A stretch of 64,000 bases of DNA from a phage. The DNA is taken from assembly GCA_027262695.1 (NCBI GenBank), contig GCA_027262695.1_4722.1; one strand, 5' to 3'. Positions 17,282-28,219 of this stretch are shown here, piece by piece. Made by a program: the position numbers and the translations under genes. The stretch's first letter is position 1. Each line of letters opens with the position of its first letter. A model generated the notes under the pieces. The model was not told where the DNA came from and ran no database searches. It saw only the letters and a list, made by a program, of their open reading frames with translations.

Positions 17282-19879
17282 TTATAACGTGACTGTACCT
17301 AATTTGGTTGTCTTATTGAGATTAATGACAGAGATCTGGGTATCGCTGGTCGTAATCGTTCCGATATTAACGCGCTGTCCTTTATCATCTTCTTGCTTGT
17401 AGATGGTTAACTCCAGTTCTAACTGGTCGCCATTAGGAACAACGGAAACGTACCATGTTTTATTACCTGGTGAACTATTATAGTCTTTTAGGTTATAATG
17501 GCCTTTAGGTAAGGTCATGGCCTTACCGGCAAACAAACATGAAATGTCCTCGTTGATATAAACGTCGAAACCGGAAGAAGCGATGACTGTTGAGGCCATT
17601 ATTCGAGACGCGACGATACCACGATTATAGTCGTCGATTGTGGTACCTATGACATTGAATACTTGCCCCCCGTTACCCATAATGGTCGATTCGCTAGTGT
17701 TTACGTAGCCGATACCCCAAGTCGGATGAATGTTCCAGCGGTACCCACTGTTTTGTAAATATGTATACATGTCCTCATAGGCCGCATTCACCCAACTACC
17801 ATCACTTTTTCGTCCAGCCCTAAATTGGAATGTGTTGCTATTTCCAGATGTCCCTCGGCCAAGCGGGACATGTCCCGCTACTAACCAACCATCCGTACTT
17901 TGCATATATGCGAACGAACCGTACGCTCTGTTATCAGCCCAAATATTCACGGTATCAACACGCTCAACGTAGGCGATTACCTTTTGTACGCCAGTTATAG
18001 CGATTGAACCCTTGCGTGCCGACAAATTAACTTCTGCGATTACAACACCCATTTTACGCTGGCTGCCACTAAACCCCAATACAACCATTAAACACGGTGC
18101 GTTTGTTGCTTCAGGAGGGATTGTTATCGATTGTTTCCAGTCGGTGATTCCGTTGAGTTTTGTTCCAGTGTATGCGTTCCAGACGGTTTGTCCAGCCGAT
18201 TTCAGATTCTGTTCAGAAATAGAAATGCTATCGCCCTCAGGGATTAACGTGTCGTAATTAAGACCGATGTTACTGGATAGACGATTGTCATTTAAGTAAG
18301 ATCCACTGAGTGTGACGTTATTGTTACGATATATTGTCAAGAATGGCGCAGCCAGAGCGTCTAATACCGTAAAGTTACTTGATGGCATGAAACCATAGAC
18401 ATCGATACCATTACCGTGGTAATGGTAGTTTGTCCAACTACCTTGATAACTTACGGTACGCCCATCGTAGTGACCTTGTTCACCGCCACTGCTAGACAAC
18501 GTGTATATCTTGGTTGCTGATAGAAATGCGAGATACCCATGAGCCGCCAAAGCTCCAACAACCCTGTCTTTTATCTTTAACCAATCTGAAGTATATAACG
18601 TACTGTCGGGATTCATTTTGGCTATTTCATCGTAAGCTGTGCCTGCGAAGTTTCCGATAGTGTACGTACGTATATCCGGCTGTCCGTTATTGTCGTTCTG
18701 TACAGCAATTACTTGCCCAGAATCATTGATATCGATATTACCGATACAGTTGTGAGGCCCCCACACCCAATATCCATCTTTATAATTGGATTCTCCTTGT
18801 GTGAATGTTGATGGTCCTCGCCACGCGATGCCGTTCGATTCGGCGTAGTAGGTCGCTTGCCCCGATCCGGGATTCATGGCGTATTTGTTATTGGTTGGGT
18901 CAAAATCGATGTAAAAATGATGCATTCCTTGACGTTGATGATTGTTCTGATCATTTGTCCACCACGATGAACCGACCAGAATTCGCGCTTTACCATTTTT
19001 TACAGTGGACCATAAACGTATTGCAGCGCGCCAGATGATTTGACCGATCCCGTTAGACGGGAAACTATTCGCACTTATACGGTTACAGACTATGAGTTCG
19101 CTGCTATTGTTTACTTGAGTCCCTTCAATTGTGACACCGTTTATGTTAGTGATCAGTGTTGCCGATACACTACCCCCTGTAGGGGCGATAGAGGAACGTT
19201 GAACGGTGTAAATTTTTAGTGATAATTTATAGCCGTCCCTAACAGCAATCCCAATGTAAATAGTCCCGTTAATTTCCCAACAACAAACATCGGGCATCGT
19301 TTCTTTGAAATCGGATAAAGCACCATCGATATACATTGCAACGTGTTTACTGGCATCGAATGTACCATCCGTTAACGCGATGAACATTTTGGCGTTATTA
19401 CCGTTGATATCAGCCGCTAATCCGAGTAGTATGTTGTTCTGATGACAGTAGATGGCTTTAGGTGCTAGATCCAACATAGCCGGTTGGTACTGTCGGCTTG
19501 TCGGTATTACGCTAGTAACTGCACCATTTTGATCCGTTTTACAAATAACGTAATATACGCCATGTATGATGCTGTTTGTCGCCGACCTTAGTAGGACAAT
19601 CGTCCCGTCAGATTCACGACATATACCGTAATGACGATAGTCGGTGATTAAGCCGATAGCACCATCAGCAGAGCCTTCAATTGCCAGAGGAAAATAACTT
19701 TGGTCCCCAACCTGTTCGATATCGGTTGCGCCAATATCGATGTATTTTTCCATCTCAGTGTTGAACTCAGCGGTACTGTAGGCACCGAGATCGCTCGCCT
19801 TTAGTCCCGTTGGGTTGTCGCGACTGGCGATACGCGTAGTAACGCTACTCACCAGTTCGCTGAACTTTTTCATTGCCAT
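17282..19879 (-). CDS. putative tail fibre / tailspike protein
   Basis: 865 aa, Gly/Ser/Thr/Asn-rich; N-terminus RDNPTGLKASDLG resembles the fibre repeat; in tail-fibre operon. Confidence 0.5.
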   Translation of the reverse strand: MAMKKFSELVSSVTTRIASRDNPTGLKASDLGAYSTAEFNTEMEKYIDIGATDIEQVGDQSYFPLAIEGSADGAIGLITDYRHYGICRESDGTIVLLRSATNSIIHGVYYVICKTDQNGAVTSVIPTSRQYQPAMLDLAPKAIYCHQNNILLGLAADINGNNAKMFIALTDGTFDASKHVAMYIDGALSDFKETMPDVCCWEINGTIYIGIAVRDGYKLSLKIYTVQRSSIAPTGGSVSATLITNINGVTIEGTQVNNSSELIVCNRISANSFPSNGIGQIIWRAAIRLWSTVKNGKARILVGSSWWTNDQNNHQRQGMHHFYIDFDPTNNKYAMNPGSGQATYYAESNGIAWRGPSTFTQGESNYKDGYWVWGPHNCIGNIDINDSGQVIAVQNDNNGQPDIRTYTIGNFAGTAYDEIAKMNPDSTLYTSDWLKIKDRVVGALAAHGYLAFLSATKIYTLSSSGGEQGHYDGRTVSYQGSWTNYHYHGNGIDVYGFMPSSNFTVLDALAAPFLTIYRNNNVTLSGSYLNDNRLSSNIGLNYDTLIPEGDSISISEQNLKSAGQTVWNAYTGTKLNGITDWKQSITIPPEATNAPCLMVVLGFSGSQRKMGVVIAEVNLSARKGSIAITGVQKVIAYVERVDTVNIWADNRAYGSFAYMQSTDGWLVAGHVPLGRGTSGNSNTFQFRAGRKSDGSWVNAAYEDMYTYLQNSGYRWNIHPTWGIGYVNTSESTIMGNGGQVFNVIGTTIDDYNRGIVASRIMASTVIASSGFDVYINEDISCLFAGKAMTLPKGHYNLKDYNSSPGNKTWYVSVVPNGDQLELELTIYKQEDDKGQRVNIGTITTSDTQISVINLNKTTKLGTVTL

Positions 19880-19891
19880 TATTCACCTCGA

Positions 19892-20377
19892 TTAAATAGG
19901 CGAGTCGGGTAGCTGACCATCATCGATCTCGATGGTGGCCACCTTACGTGTTGCAGCAAGATGTGATGTACCCTGGATTTTGTTCCAGGTGCCGATACGC
20001 ATGGCGTTTTTGTAGCTGCTATCGCTATCGTTCAGCGTGTAAACAAAACCGCTATCGGTTACGGCAAGATAGATCCAGCCTACAGACTCACTGATGCCTG
20101 ACACGTCCAAAGTTGCTGCTGGCACCGTCCCTACCACCGTGTTGTATTCCGCTGTACCTTGACCAATGCTGATCCGTCCGTTGCTGTAACTGGCTGCTGG
20201 AAGCGTTTTATTTCGACTGAAGAAAAGAAACGGAAGGTAACGCTGGGTAACAAGCGGTGCAAGTTTAGGAGCCACTTCGGTCTTAACGTAGACATCTGTT
20301 TGTGCTGGCGTTACCTCGTGAGGGTTCTTTTGGGTAAGATACGTCCCCCATTCAGAAAGCAGTGTTGATAGCTTCAT
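19892..20377 (-). CDS. small tail-fibre-associated protein
   Basis: 161 aa; N-terminus QKNPHEVTPAQTDV is a single copy of the fibre repeat. Confidence 0.45.
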   Translation of the reverse strand: MKLSTLLSEWGTYLTQKNPHEVTPAQTDVYVKTEVAPKLAPLVTQRYLPFLFFSRNKTLPAASYSNGRISIGQGTAEYNTVVGTVPAATLDVSGISESVGWIYLAVTDSGFVYTLNDSDSSYKNAMRIGTWNKIQGTSHLAATRKVATIEIDDGQLPDSPI

Positions 20378-20381
20378 GCGG

Positions 20382-20897
20382 TTACCCCATGTAACGTTTT
20401 TGGCCGAGGATGAAGACTTTGTTAAATACCACCGAAGTGATTCCTGTTGCGTTACAGCTCACCTGCCCGACGCGAATTGCTGTTGACGTATCGACCCCAG
20501 CACTACTCTGCCAGATCCAATCGATCGATCCGTCTTTCTGACGAATGAAAAGATAACCGGTTTTGTTCGCCCAGTCGGAAGTAAGTTTTTTGATGTCTAG
20601 CGTTCCCTTCGCCAGAATATAGTCGGTACCGGCGATCATGACGGGTATTTCAGGATACGAGATTACCGTACCGCTGGCAGTAACGTTGCTGATGCGTTCG
20701 CTACGAATATCGGTACAGTCACCGAAATACGCTACGGGGAGTATCCCCTTAGGGAGCTTTTTGCCGATTCTCGTATCGATCGTGTTTTTATCGGGTGCGT
20801 CGATTTGCGCTGCGGTGACTTGGTTAGGGTTATCCTTCCTTGCGTACCATGTCGTCATGCGAGCACCCAATTCACTCATTTTTGTGCCCATTTTCAC
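20382..20897 (-). CDS. small tail-fibre-associated protein
   Basis: 171 aa; N-terminus RKDNPNQVTAAQIDA is a single copy of the fibre repeat. Confidence 0.45.
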   Translation of the reverse strand: MKMGTKMSELGARMTTWYARKDNPNQVTAAQIDAPDKNTIDTRIGKKLPKGILPVAYFGDCTDIRSERISNVTASGTVISYPEIPVMIAGTDYILAKGTLDIKKLTSDWANKTGYLFIRQKDGSIDWIWQSSAGVDTSTAIRVGQVSCNATGITSVVFNKVFILGQKRYMG

Positions 20898-20948
20898 ATC
20901 CTATCGAAAAATAAAAAGAAGGAAAGGTGGGTAGAACCCACCCATCCG

Positions 20949-23102
20949 TTATAACGTTTCGAAGTCGGTTGCTTTGATAACCGCGTTGAAGTTGGCAAGG
21001 AATTCCTTAAGCAACGCTTGGAAGACATCACGGAACGCCGTGTTCGTCTTCAAACTGGTTAAATAATCGTTCTTAAGGTAATCGCTCAGCTTACCGATCT
21101 TCTGCATCTTCTCGCCGTCTTCGTTCTCTCCAGGTTCTTGGCTGTTGATGTTAACCCATTTGATCCCTTCGAGATCGCCATCGGCAAGGAAGTTAGCGGG
21201 CGTCTCATCGTCGTTCAGGATTTTAATTGTGTCGCTGGATTCAATGCCACCGTAAGCTTCCAGAAGCTGGTTGACTGTTAGCGTGTTGGTGTTGATTGAA
21301 CCATTGACACCATCAATACCGATGCCTGCACCTGTGATGGATGTCGCCGAAAGATCGATCGGCCCGGTTAACTTACCACCGTTGATCGGTAACGCACCAA
21401 CTTGCTCTGCGGTGTGTGTGTGGTTGGCTAACGCCGCAAACGCCGCGATAGACTTATATGTCGAATACGGCGTCATGTACGCTGATTGGTTGGTGTTGTC
21501 AGCGGCTTCAGTATCGGTAGCGACATTAAAGTTCTGCACGTTGCTGAGACCGACCTGCGCCTTCGTTACTTCATGCGGGTTGCTCTTATCGACAACGTGT
21601 GCTGCAAAACCGTCACCGGCTAAAGCGGTGATTGCTGCTTTTGTCGCAGCCGGTGTCATATAGCGGTTGGTTGCTTCACCTGCCTGTGCTTCCGCATCAG
21701 AAGCAACAGGATAGTTCTCAACGCTCCCCAAACCGACCTGAGATTTTGTTACTTGGTGTGGGTTTTCGGTATTCGCGATATGGCTACTGAATCCTTGACC
21801 AGCCAGTTGCTCGATTGCGTAACGAACAAGTATTGGCGTCATGTACTTGTTGTTAACCTGACCATCGATGGCTTCTTGGGTGGTGGCAACCCCGAAGTTT
21901 TGCACGCTCCCCAACCCAACTTGCGCTTTCGTAACAGCGTGGGGGTTATTGGTGTTACCGATGTGATCGGTAACCGTTGGGGTGATTAATCCTGCGATAG
22001 CGGCTGCCGTGGTCGCAGGGGTCATGTATTTATCGTTAGCAACACCCGCAGCAGCTTCTACGTTAGATGCTACACCGTAGTTCAATACATTTCCTAACCC
22101 AACCTGCGCCTTGGTTACCCCGTGGGGGTTGTTCTTGTCTCCGGTATGGGTTGTCAACGTAGCGTTAACGTTATCGATACGCGTGCTTAAGCTATCAGTG
22201 ATTGCTTTGATTGCGGCTCGTACACCCGCTGGTGTTGTGTACAGATCTGTGGCCGTACCGGTAATGGTTGTATTACTATCGGCTACACCGTAGTTCTCAA
22301 CGTTTCCGAGTCCCACCTGGGCTTTCGTTACCTTGTGTGGGTTGTTGTAGTTGCTGATGTGCGCAGCAGCACTATCACCACTCAGGTTAGCGATCATCTT
22401 ACGCGTCATCGCCAACGTCATGTACAGATTTTCACCGATGGTTTCCAGATCGCTCTCGGTCGCCGTTGTGAAGTTCTGCACATTCCCCAATCCAACTTGA
22501 GCCTTGGTTACCCCATGGGGATTATCGCGACGATTCTCGTGCTGCAGCAATGCGGTCATTGCTTTATTGAACCCTTCTTCAAGCGGTTCTTTCAATGATT
22601 CGATTGCAGCCACCACATCGTCCCACGTCATTGTGTCGGTTTCGACATTATGCTGGTGGTTGATTGGCGGGAATACGGAAGGAACGTCGGCAACCTTTTC
22701 CCAGAACGTAACGCGGGGATCGTAAAGGTTGTTGGCTAAAACGTTAAGAATTTGTTGTTGATCAAGTGTAAACTCACCCCCCAGTGAATAGTAGTTCAGT
22801 TGCAACTGTCCACTGAATGCGGTGTCCAACAGCATGATGGAACCGTATAATTCCAGGCCGGTCAGCGCAGCCATGGCACGGAAGGGGTGAGTGCATAAAA
22901 AGTCAACGCCTTCTTCCAGATACGCGTTTGTTTCCGGGTTGTAGATCTTTAATCCATTACGAAAATATGGCGCGTATTTAGGAACGAGAAAGTTAAATCC
23001 GGTCCCCGTGGAAGGACGGACAGTGACGAGTTCTTCTGGAACCCATGCGCCATCCAAATTCCCCTGCGGGTTATACGGAAGGCGTTTAATTTCATCTGTC
23101 AT
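20949..23102 (-). CDS. tail fibre protein with six NPH-x-VTKAQVGLGNV repeats
   Basis: 717 aa; repeats about 45-50 aa apart; C-terminal HTHTAEQVGALPINGGKLTG. Confidence 0.65.
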   Translation of the reverse strand: MTDEIKRLPYNPQGNLDGAWVPEELVTVRPSTGTGFNFLVPKYAPYFRNGLKIYNPETNAYLEEGVDFLCTHPFRAMAALTGLELYGSIMLLDTAFSGQLQLNYYSLGGEFTLDQQQILNVLANNLYDPRVTFWEKVADVPSVFPPINHQHNVETDTMTWDDVVAAIESLKEPLEEGFNKAMTALLQHENRRDNPHGVTKAQVGLGNVQNFTTATESDLETIGENLYMTLAMTRKMIANLSGDSAAAHISNYNNPHKVTKAQVGLGNVENYGVADSNTTITGTATDLYTTPAGVRAAIKAITDSLSTRIDNVNATLTTHTGDKNNPHGVTKAQVGLGNVLNYGVASNVEAAAGVANDKYMTPATTAAAIAGLITPTVTDHIGNTNNPHAVTKAQVGLGSVQNFGVATTQEAIDGQVNNKYMTPILVRYAIEQLAGQGFSSHIANTENPHQVTKSQVGLGSVENYPVASDAEAQAGEATNRYMTPAATKAAITALAGDGFAAHVVDKSNPHEVTKAQVGLSNVQNFNVATDTEAADNTNQSAYMTPYSTYKSIAAFAALANHTHTAEQVGALPINGGKLTGPIDLSATSITGAGIGIDGVNGSINTNTLTVNQLLEAYGGIESSDTIKILNDDETPANFLADGDLEGIKWVNINSQEPGENEDGEKMQKIGKLSDYLKNDYLTSLKTNTAFRDVFQALLKEFLANFNAVIKATDFETL

Positions 23103-23134
23103 GATGCGCCCTTTACAAGTTGTTAGTAAGTGTG

Positions 23135-23152
23135 GGATACCCTGGGGTATCC
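23135..23152. promoter_or_regulatory. inverted repeat GGATACC-ctgg-GGTATCC in divergent promoter region
   Basis: Same core as palindrome at 7461-7480; followed by CTATAAAATA at 23181-23190 (T4 late-promoter-like TATAAATA) upstream of 23207. Confidence 0.35.
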
Positions 23153-23206
23153 TGTGTTAACAGCGGTAAAATATTACTGTAACTATAAAATAAGGGGGCC
23201 TCTCCC

Positions 23207-24484
23207 ATGTATACATTGGTAAAAACTTACGGATTACCCGTAGGTTCCGGCACGGCCTGGACAGCACTTGAAGCGGGTGAAAGCGTCCTGAGCACGTTGT
23301 TCGCAACGTATCAAAAACTCAATATCCAGGTCCATGAAAGTTATACTGACCAGCAGCAGGTTATCGATCTTTATACGTTTCAATCCGAGCTTCAAAACAG
23401 CAGCGATACGCTTAATGCTTGGCTGAAGGCGAAGTCGGATGCCCACACCAACCTTCGTGGTCAACCGGGTGAACTCTCGATTAAAGCCCACAAGCTCTAT
23501 TGTCACGACGTTATCACGGTAGGCTTTCTTCCTAAAGTCGGTAATAGTGGATATCATCCAAGCAACGCGATTCCTGAATCGGAACGTACCGATATTCTCC
23601 TAACAAAAGCGAACACGAATTACGAGAACATCGGCAAGCACTGCTTGTTCACGGTAGGGGGTTACGTACACCCTCACGTTTACGGTAAGGATGTTGGTGT
23701 TTATATCCAGGGTGGATTCAAGACAGCCCAACGCAGCCAGGAAAACGATATCGGGATGATCGATTTCAGCTGTATCGGAAGTTTGGAGATTCATGCGATC
23801 ACAGAAGACATGATTGCGGATTCCACGAAGCTTTTACCGTACAAAGATGAGATGTATCTGCGCTTACCCCGTAAAGTCGCGGAAGATGAAACGGTCGCAT
23901 TAGTGTTCGGAGGTTACTTACATCTCCTCGATGACTGTTACACGATCGTTAGTGATACGACAGCAAAAATAAACTGCATTAACATGTTCTTGTACGAAAG
24001 GTATTTTCGTTCTCGTGAATATCTTGACTTAACCTCCCTCGGTATTCTCTTGGACGAAGAAAACCCACAATCGGATATTGTTGCGAACCGTTTGCTGTCC
24101 GATAAAGCCTTGAAAGCTTGGGTGACCCATCCATGCAGCTTTTGGGTTTATATCAAAGCAACCTCGATTCAAGTTACGCAAGAACCGCTACCGCGCAGTG
24201 GTGTGCCAGGACAGTATTTCTTAGGCAAGAAACCGGAAGGATTAATTCGCGCGGATCTTGGAGAACTACCTGCGTACGTACAGACTTACGAGAAACCACT
24301 GTGGGTACTTCATTCACGATGGGGACTTCGTAAGAACATGCTGTTTGAAAACACGTTATACAAACACACACGTGTTAAACGCCTCAATGATACACCGTAT
24401 CTCCATCAGGTATGGTTGGAAACGCATGCGACGTTACAAACCGTACACAAGCTGGAACTGATCGATTCCAGTCAGAAAAAATAA
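23207..24484 (+). CDS. hypothetical protein
   Basis: 425 aa ORF, divergent from tail-fibre operon. Confidence 0.55.
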   Translation: MYTLVKTYGLPVGSGTAWTALEAGESVLSTLFATYQKLNIQVHESYTDQQQVIDLYTFQSELQNSSDTLNAWLKAKSDAHTNLRGQPGELSIKAHKLYCHDVITVGFLPKVGNSGYHPSNAIPESERTDILLTKANTNYENIGKHCLFTVGGYVHPHVYGKDVGVYIQGGFKTAQRSQENDIGMIDFSCIGSLEIHAITEDMIADSTKLLPYKDEMYLRLPRKVAEDETVALVFGGYLHLLDDCYTIVSDTTAKINCINMFLYERYFRSREYLDLTSLGILLDEENPQSDIVANRLLSDKALKAWVTHPCSFWVYIKATSIQVTQEPLPRSGVPGQYFLGKKPEGLIRADLGELPAYVQTYEKPLWVLHSRWGLRKNMLFENTLYKHTRVKRLNDTPYLHQVWLETHATLQTVHKLELIDSSQKK

Positions 24485-24499
24485 ACACGGCAAACATAA

Positions 24500-24531
24500 C
24501 CCTCCTCCAACCCATCAGGGAAGGAGGAGGG
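24500..24531. terminator. hairpin CCCTCCTCC-AA-CCC-ATCA-GGG-AA-GGAGGAGGG
   Basis: Family member at convergent gene ends. Confidence 0.55.
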
Positions 24532-24540
24532 CATATGCCG

Positions 24541-25446
24541 TCAGGCTACGTATAACGTTAGATAACCTTCAATGAGGGTGTTCATTACACTGAGTTGGAG
24601 AACGACAGCTTTACTAACATCCGTACGCACCCCGAACGGTAGCGTTTTGAAGTGCTCTGGATCCGTAATAACTTTCGCGTTTTGTAGGTTAAGCGATCCT
24701 GGTATCGCTGACAATACCCAACGATCGTTAACCGTCAGACCAACGATCTCTTCAGAAAGTCCTAACTTCAGAGTGTTCATTTCTGCAATCAGGGCTTCTG
24801 AATGCGCATCGCCCGATGTTAACGTGTAACCATCGGTTAACGCCGTCAACACCGCATCCGATACGAACCAGTTGTACGATACGATCGCACCTGGTAGCTT
24901 ATCGCTATCCCGATCGATGATGTAGTTAAGACCAGCTAACATGTTGTTACGGATGAGGTTGTTCAGGTCGTTATGACCTGATGTCAACTCAACAAGCAGT
25001 TGACCGACCCAGACTTGGTTACCGGGTTTCGGTGTTATTACAACCTGTATCGGCTGTCGGGATTTGTCCAGATCAGCATCAACGATTTCGGTTTTATTCA
25101 GCAGGATACCGTACGTTGAGGCTAAGACAGGCAATACCTCAGAAACCTTGGTCAGTGTATCTAAGGTTTCGATTTCTATCGGCCAACGATGTTGCCCACC
25201 AGACCAAATACCGAGTTTGCTAAGATCGATACGGTTGTAATAGATGTCGACGGAGTTCACGAGCCCGGAACCCGGTTGTGGGTGCACGGTCAACATACTG
25301 TTGCGTTTGTATCCCGTGCTTTCAGAAGCCTCACCGATAACCAGCTTATCCAGCGTCACACCCCGAGCATCGAAATCGCTATGTTTTCGAATCAGTCGGA
25401 AGAGAATTTCCTTTGATTCTAGCCCCAGGATTTCACTGTACTCCAT
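24541..25446 (-). CDS. structural paralog family member
   Basis: 301 aa; YYNRIDLSKL and QVWVGQL motifs shared with 12585, 26363, 27225 genes. Confidence 0.55.
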   Translation of the reverse strand: MEYSEILGLESKEILFRLIRKHSDFDARGVTLDKLVIGEASESTGYKRNSMLTVHPQPGSGLVNSVDIYYNRIDLSKLGIWSGGQHRWPIEIETLDTLTKVSEVLPVLASTYGILLNKTEIVDADLDKSRQPIQVVITPKPGNQVWVGQLLVELTSGHNDLNNLIRNNMLAGLNYIIDRDSDKLPGAIVSYNWFVSDAVLTALTDGYTLTSGDAHSEALIAEMNTLKLGLSEEIVGLTVNDRWVLSAIPGSLNLQNAKVITDPEHFKTLPFGVRTDVSKAVVLQLSVMNTLIEGYLTLYVA

Positions 25447-25461
25447 TTAACACCCCTTAGG

Positions 25462-26346
25462 TTACGGTAGGATTTCTGCACCGGTTGGACCTGCCTTACG
25501 GGCTTCCAACGCACCAAGGTCGTATTTCAACGTTAACGTATCGTTGGTGGTGTAGAGGTTGTGGTACGTTGAAATCAGGTCGGTAACTTGAGCTCCTACG
25601 ATTTCGTTCATATCGAAGTTGGAACCTTGACCGTCATCAGCACGAACGATTTTATCGCCCGCAGAGACTATTCCAATTTCAGAAATAACCGCGTACTCTT
25701 CACCACCCTCGGTGAGCTTAGCCACATTGCGGTATTCGTTAATATCCCACGGTGTCCAAACCAGAGACACCTTGCAGCTGTAATCGTAATACTCACCTGT
25801 CGCCACTAAAATTCCGGTGGTCGGAATATCCGGTCGTGGCGGGTTGAGGTTCACATCGGTGGGATGCCATTCGATGGTCTGAGCAACACCATCAATGTAT
25901 TTGGTATAACGCATGGAGCGGACAACGTTATCGAAATCGATGCGGCGACCGTAATAACAGATGTACTTTTTACCGCTTTCCAGCGTCTCGATACGCCGTA
26001 ACCCAAATTTAGCACGTTCGTCCGTGGTTAAATCGTTACCCACTTCACGCATTACAAATGGCTTGATCTTCCACGGTGAAAGATTGCTTGCTTCATGGGC
26101 GATCGGCATCGAGGAAGGGATACCGTTCGCATTACGGATGAATTCATGACCCAGGTTACCGATACAGAAGTAACGTACGGCAGGATTACCTTCAGGGTAG
26201 ATCTTCGCTTGGATCTGAAGTTTTTCGTTCAGGGTGCTATGTTCTTCCCACGCGTGAGGAAGTCCCAACGTCAGGTTGGTTTGTACTTGACCACCGATAA
26301 TCGTACGAACGATACGATCGGTAGCACGGATTTGTGTAGAAGCCAT
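25462..26346 (-). CDS. hypothetical structural protein
   Basis: 294 aa ORF inside paralog cluster but not visibly related to it. Confidence 0.5.
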   Translation of the reverse strand: MASTQIRATDRIVRTIIGGQVQTNLTLGLPHAWEEHSTLNEKLQIQAKIYPEGNPAVRYFCIGNLGHEFIRNANGIPSSMPIAHEASNLSPWKIKPFVMREVGNDLTTDERAKFGLRRIETLESGKKYICYYGRRIDFDNVVRSMRYTKYIDGVAQTIEWHPTDVNLNPPRPDIPTTGILVATGEYYDYSCKVSLVWTPWDINEYRNVAKLTEGGEEYAVISEIGIVSAGDKIVRADDGQGSNFDMNEIVGAQVTDLISTYHNLYTTNDTLTLKYDLGALEARKAGPTGAEILP

Positions 26347-26362
26347 GTCTTTTCCTATTTAA

Positions 26363-27214
26363 TCAGTTATATTGCATCAACAGGATACCGCCGTAGTTCG
26401 TGCAGTAATCTTGACTTAGTGTAACGATAACCGCATTAGCGAATGCTGGGTTAACCGGATAGCCCTGGGCGATAAGGTCGGTTGTTTTACCTGTTGCGAG
26501 CACGGTTGCCCCATACAGGTTGTTTTCGTCCTCACGACCGTTATAAACCCAAGGGGTTGGTGCAACGTTGTTGAATAAACTCACCAGTGCGCTTAAGTTA
26601 CTACCAACCTTTAATCCAGCAAGATCGGAACGGATGGCTGTACAATCAATAGCGTAACTGTAAACCAATGCCTGGATACGATTTGCGGTGTAGTACGGGA
26701 AATTGAGGCCGGTCATCACCGTGGTCTTCATCATCCCTGCAATATCGCGTGCGCTATCGAGAAGATAAAATTTAACACTCCCTGTCCAGGCTAATCCGGT
26801 TGTTTTCAATTCTACGACATGAGGGAACGGATATTCATCACCTCGAACAATCGGAGAATCAACGCAGCTTTCCTGATCGATAACGATTCCGTACGTTGAT
26901 TGGATCAGCGGGATAAGATCGTGCGTGGTTTTAACACCGGCATCGATTGCAAGCTTCGGCTCCATTCCCAAGAAGAAATCCTGGATTGGAATACGATCGT
27001 ACCATACGTAGCTGCTTTCACGGTACTGCGCTGGTGTTACGGTTGCCGAAGGCGATACTTTAGCGCGGGTATTTCGATTATACGCGTGGTTTCCGTTTTC
27101 AGCAACATCCGTGATATCAAGTGCATCGAAGTTAAAGTCGAAGTCAGGATTGGCTACCTGAATAAGTTCGGCGACCAGTACTTTAGGACTTTTGTTTAAC
27201 AATTTCTGACTCAT
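26363..27214 (-). CDS. structural paralog family member
   Basis: 283 aa; YVWYDRIPIQDF and LAWTGSVKFYL. Confidence 0.55.
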   Translation of the reverse strand: MSQKLLNKSPKVLVAELIQVANPDFDFNFDALDITDVAENGNHAYNRNTRAKVSPSATVTPAQYRESSYVWYDRIPIQDFFLGMEPKLAIDAGVKTTHDLIPLIQSTYGIVIDQESCVDSPIVRGDEYPFPHVVELKTTGLAWTGSVKFYLLDSARDIAGMMKTTVMTGLNFPYYTANRIQALVYSYAIDCTAIRSDLAGLKVGSNLSALVSLFNNVAPTPWVYNGREDENNLYGATVLATGKTTDLIAQGYPVNPAFANAVIVTLSQDYCTNYGGILLMQYN

Positions 27215-27224
27215 TGTTTATTCC

Positions 27225-28160
27225 TTAGCCTTGTTCTTTCGGGGAACGGCCCTGAAGGCTTGCGGTATGCCCGTCGACATTATAATAGAAAATCAACGGA
27301 CCGCCAACAGCAGTACAGTAGTTTTCATCCAGACTGATTTCGATGCCGTATTGGTAACCTGCGCGAGCCGGGATACGTTCGCCTAACTCACCGTTGAAAT
27401 CCACCTTCGCGTTATACAGGTTGTATGGCGCTGTGTTATCGGTTAATACCCAACGATCGGTGGTCATTTCAGCCAGAAGGTCAGCAACCATCACATCGCT
27501 AACAACGGTACCTGTTACCAGCGAAGCCAAAAGCTCACCGTACTCAGACGTATCGCGACTGTAACTGTAGATTTCACCGCTTGCACGTACACCCTGTCCA
27601 AAGAACTTAAGACCGTCCAGCTCTTTGATCGCGATGATATCATCAAGATTCGGTACACGCGATTTCATCAGGATACGAACGCTCCCCGTCCAAGCCAGGC
27701 AACTAGATACGACGCGAAGCAACTGTCCGTTAACGGTATCCCAGTTAAGTTCATCGTTGACGATTTCTTCAGCTGTAAGGCCAAGACCGAAACGTTCCTT
27801 GATGATAGGCCAGATATCACGCATCTTGGTGGCGTCTGGCGCATCAATAAGAATAGGCGCTACGTTACGCAGATACGCGCCGATATTAATACGATCGTAA
27901 TACAGCGTCGTCGAACCTTCATAATCGTCTAACTCAGTAAGCTTAGCGGTTGCCGTTGCCGTAATCTGGGTGTCGCGCTCGTAGGCGCTTTGGTTAGTGG
28001 TTGGTGTTCCTAAAACCAATAATTCAGGTGTCAGGACGTGTTCTCCGTTCTGAGGTGGGTTATCGTGGTTGATAAGACCGTACACGAGATCGGATGAAGG
28101 TAAAGAGACGTCAACCGGGTAAAGTTCGGTGCCGTCAGTAGTTGTTACCGTATCACTCAC
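27225..28160 (-). CDS. structural paralog family member
   Basis: 311 aa; LYYDRINIGAYL and CLAWTGSVRILM. Confidence 0.55.
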   Translation of the reverse strand: MSDTVTTTDGTELYPVDVSLPSSDLVYGLINHDNPPQNGEHVLTPELLVLGTPTTNQSAYERDTQITATATAKLTELDDYEGSTTLYYDRINIGAYLRNVAPILIDAPDATKMRDIWPIIKERFGLGLTAEEIVNDELNWDTVNGQLLRVVSSCLAWTGSVRILMKSRVPNLDDIIAIKELDGLKFFGQGVRASGEIYSYSRDTSEYGELLASLVTGTVVSDVMVADLLAEMTTDRWVLTDNTAPYNLYNAKVDFNGELGERIPARAGYQYGIEISLDENYCTAVGGPLIFYYNVDGHTASLQGRSPKEQG

Positions 28161-28219
28161 GGTGGCCTCCTCGCCAGAAATTAGTTAAAAAAGAGTTTGC
28201 GATATGCTGCGCTATCACG

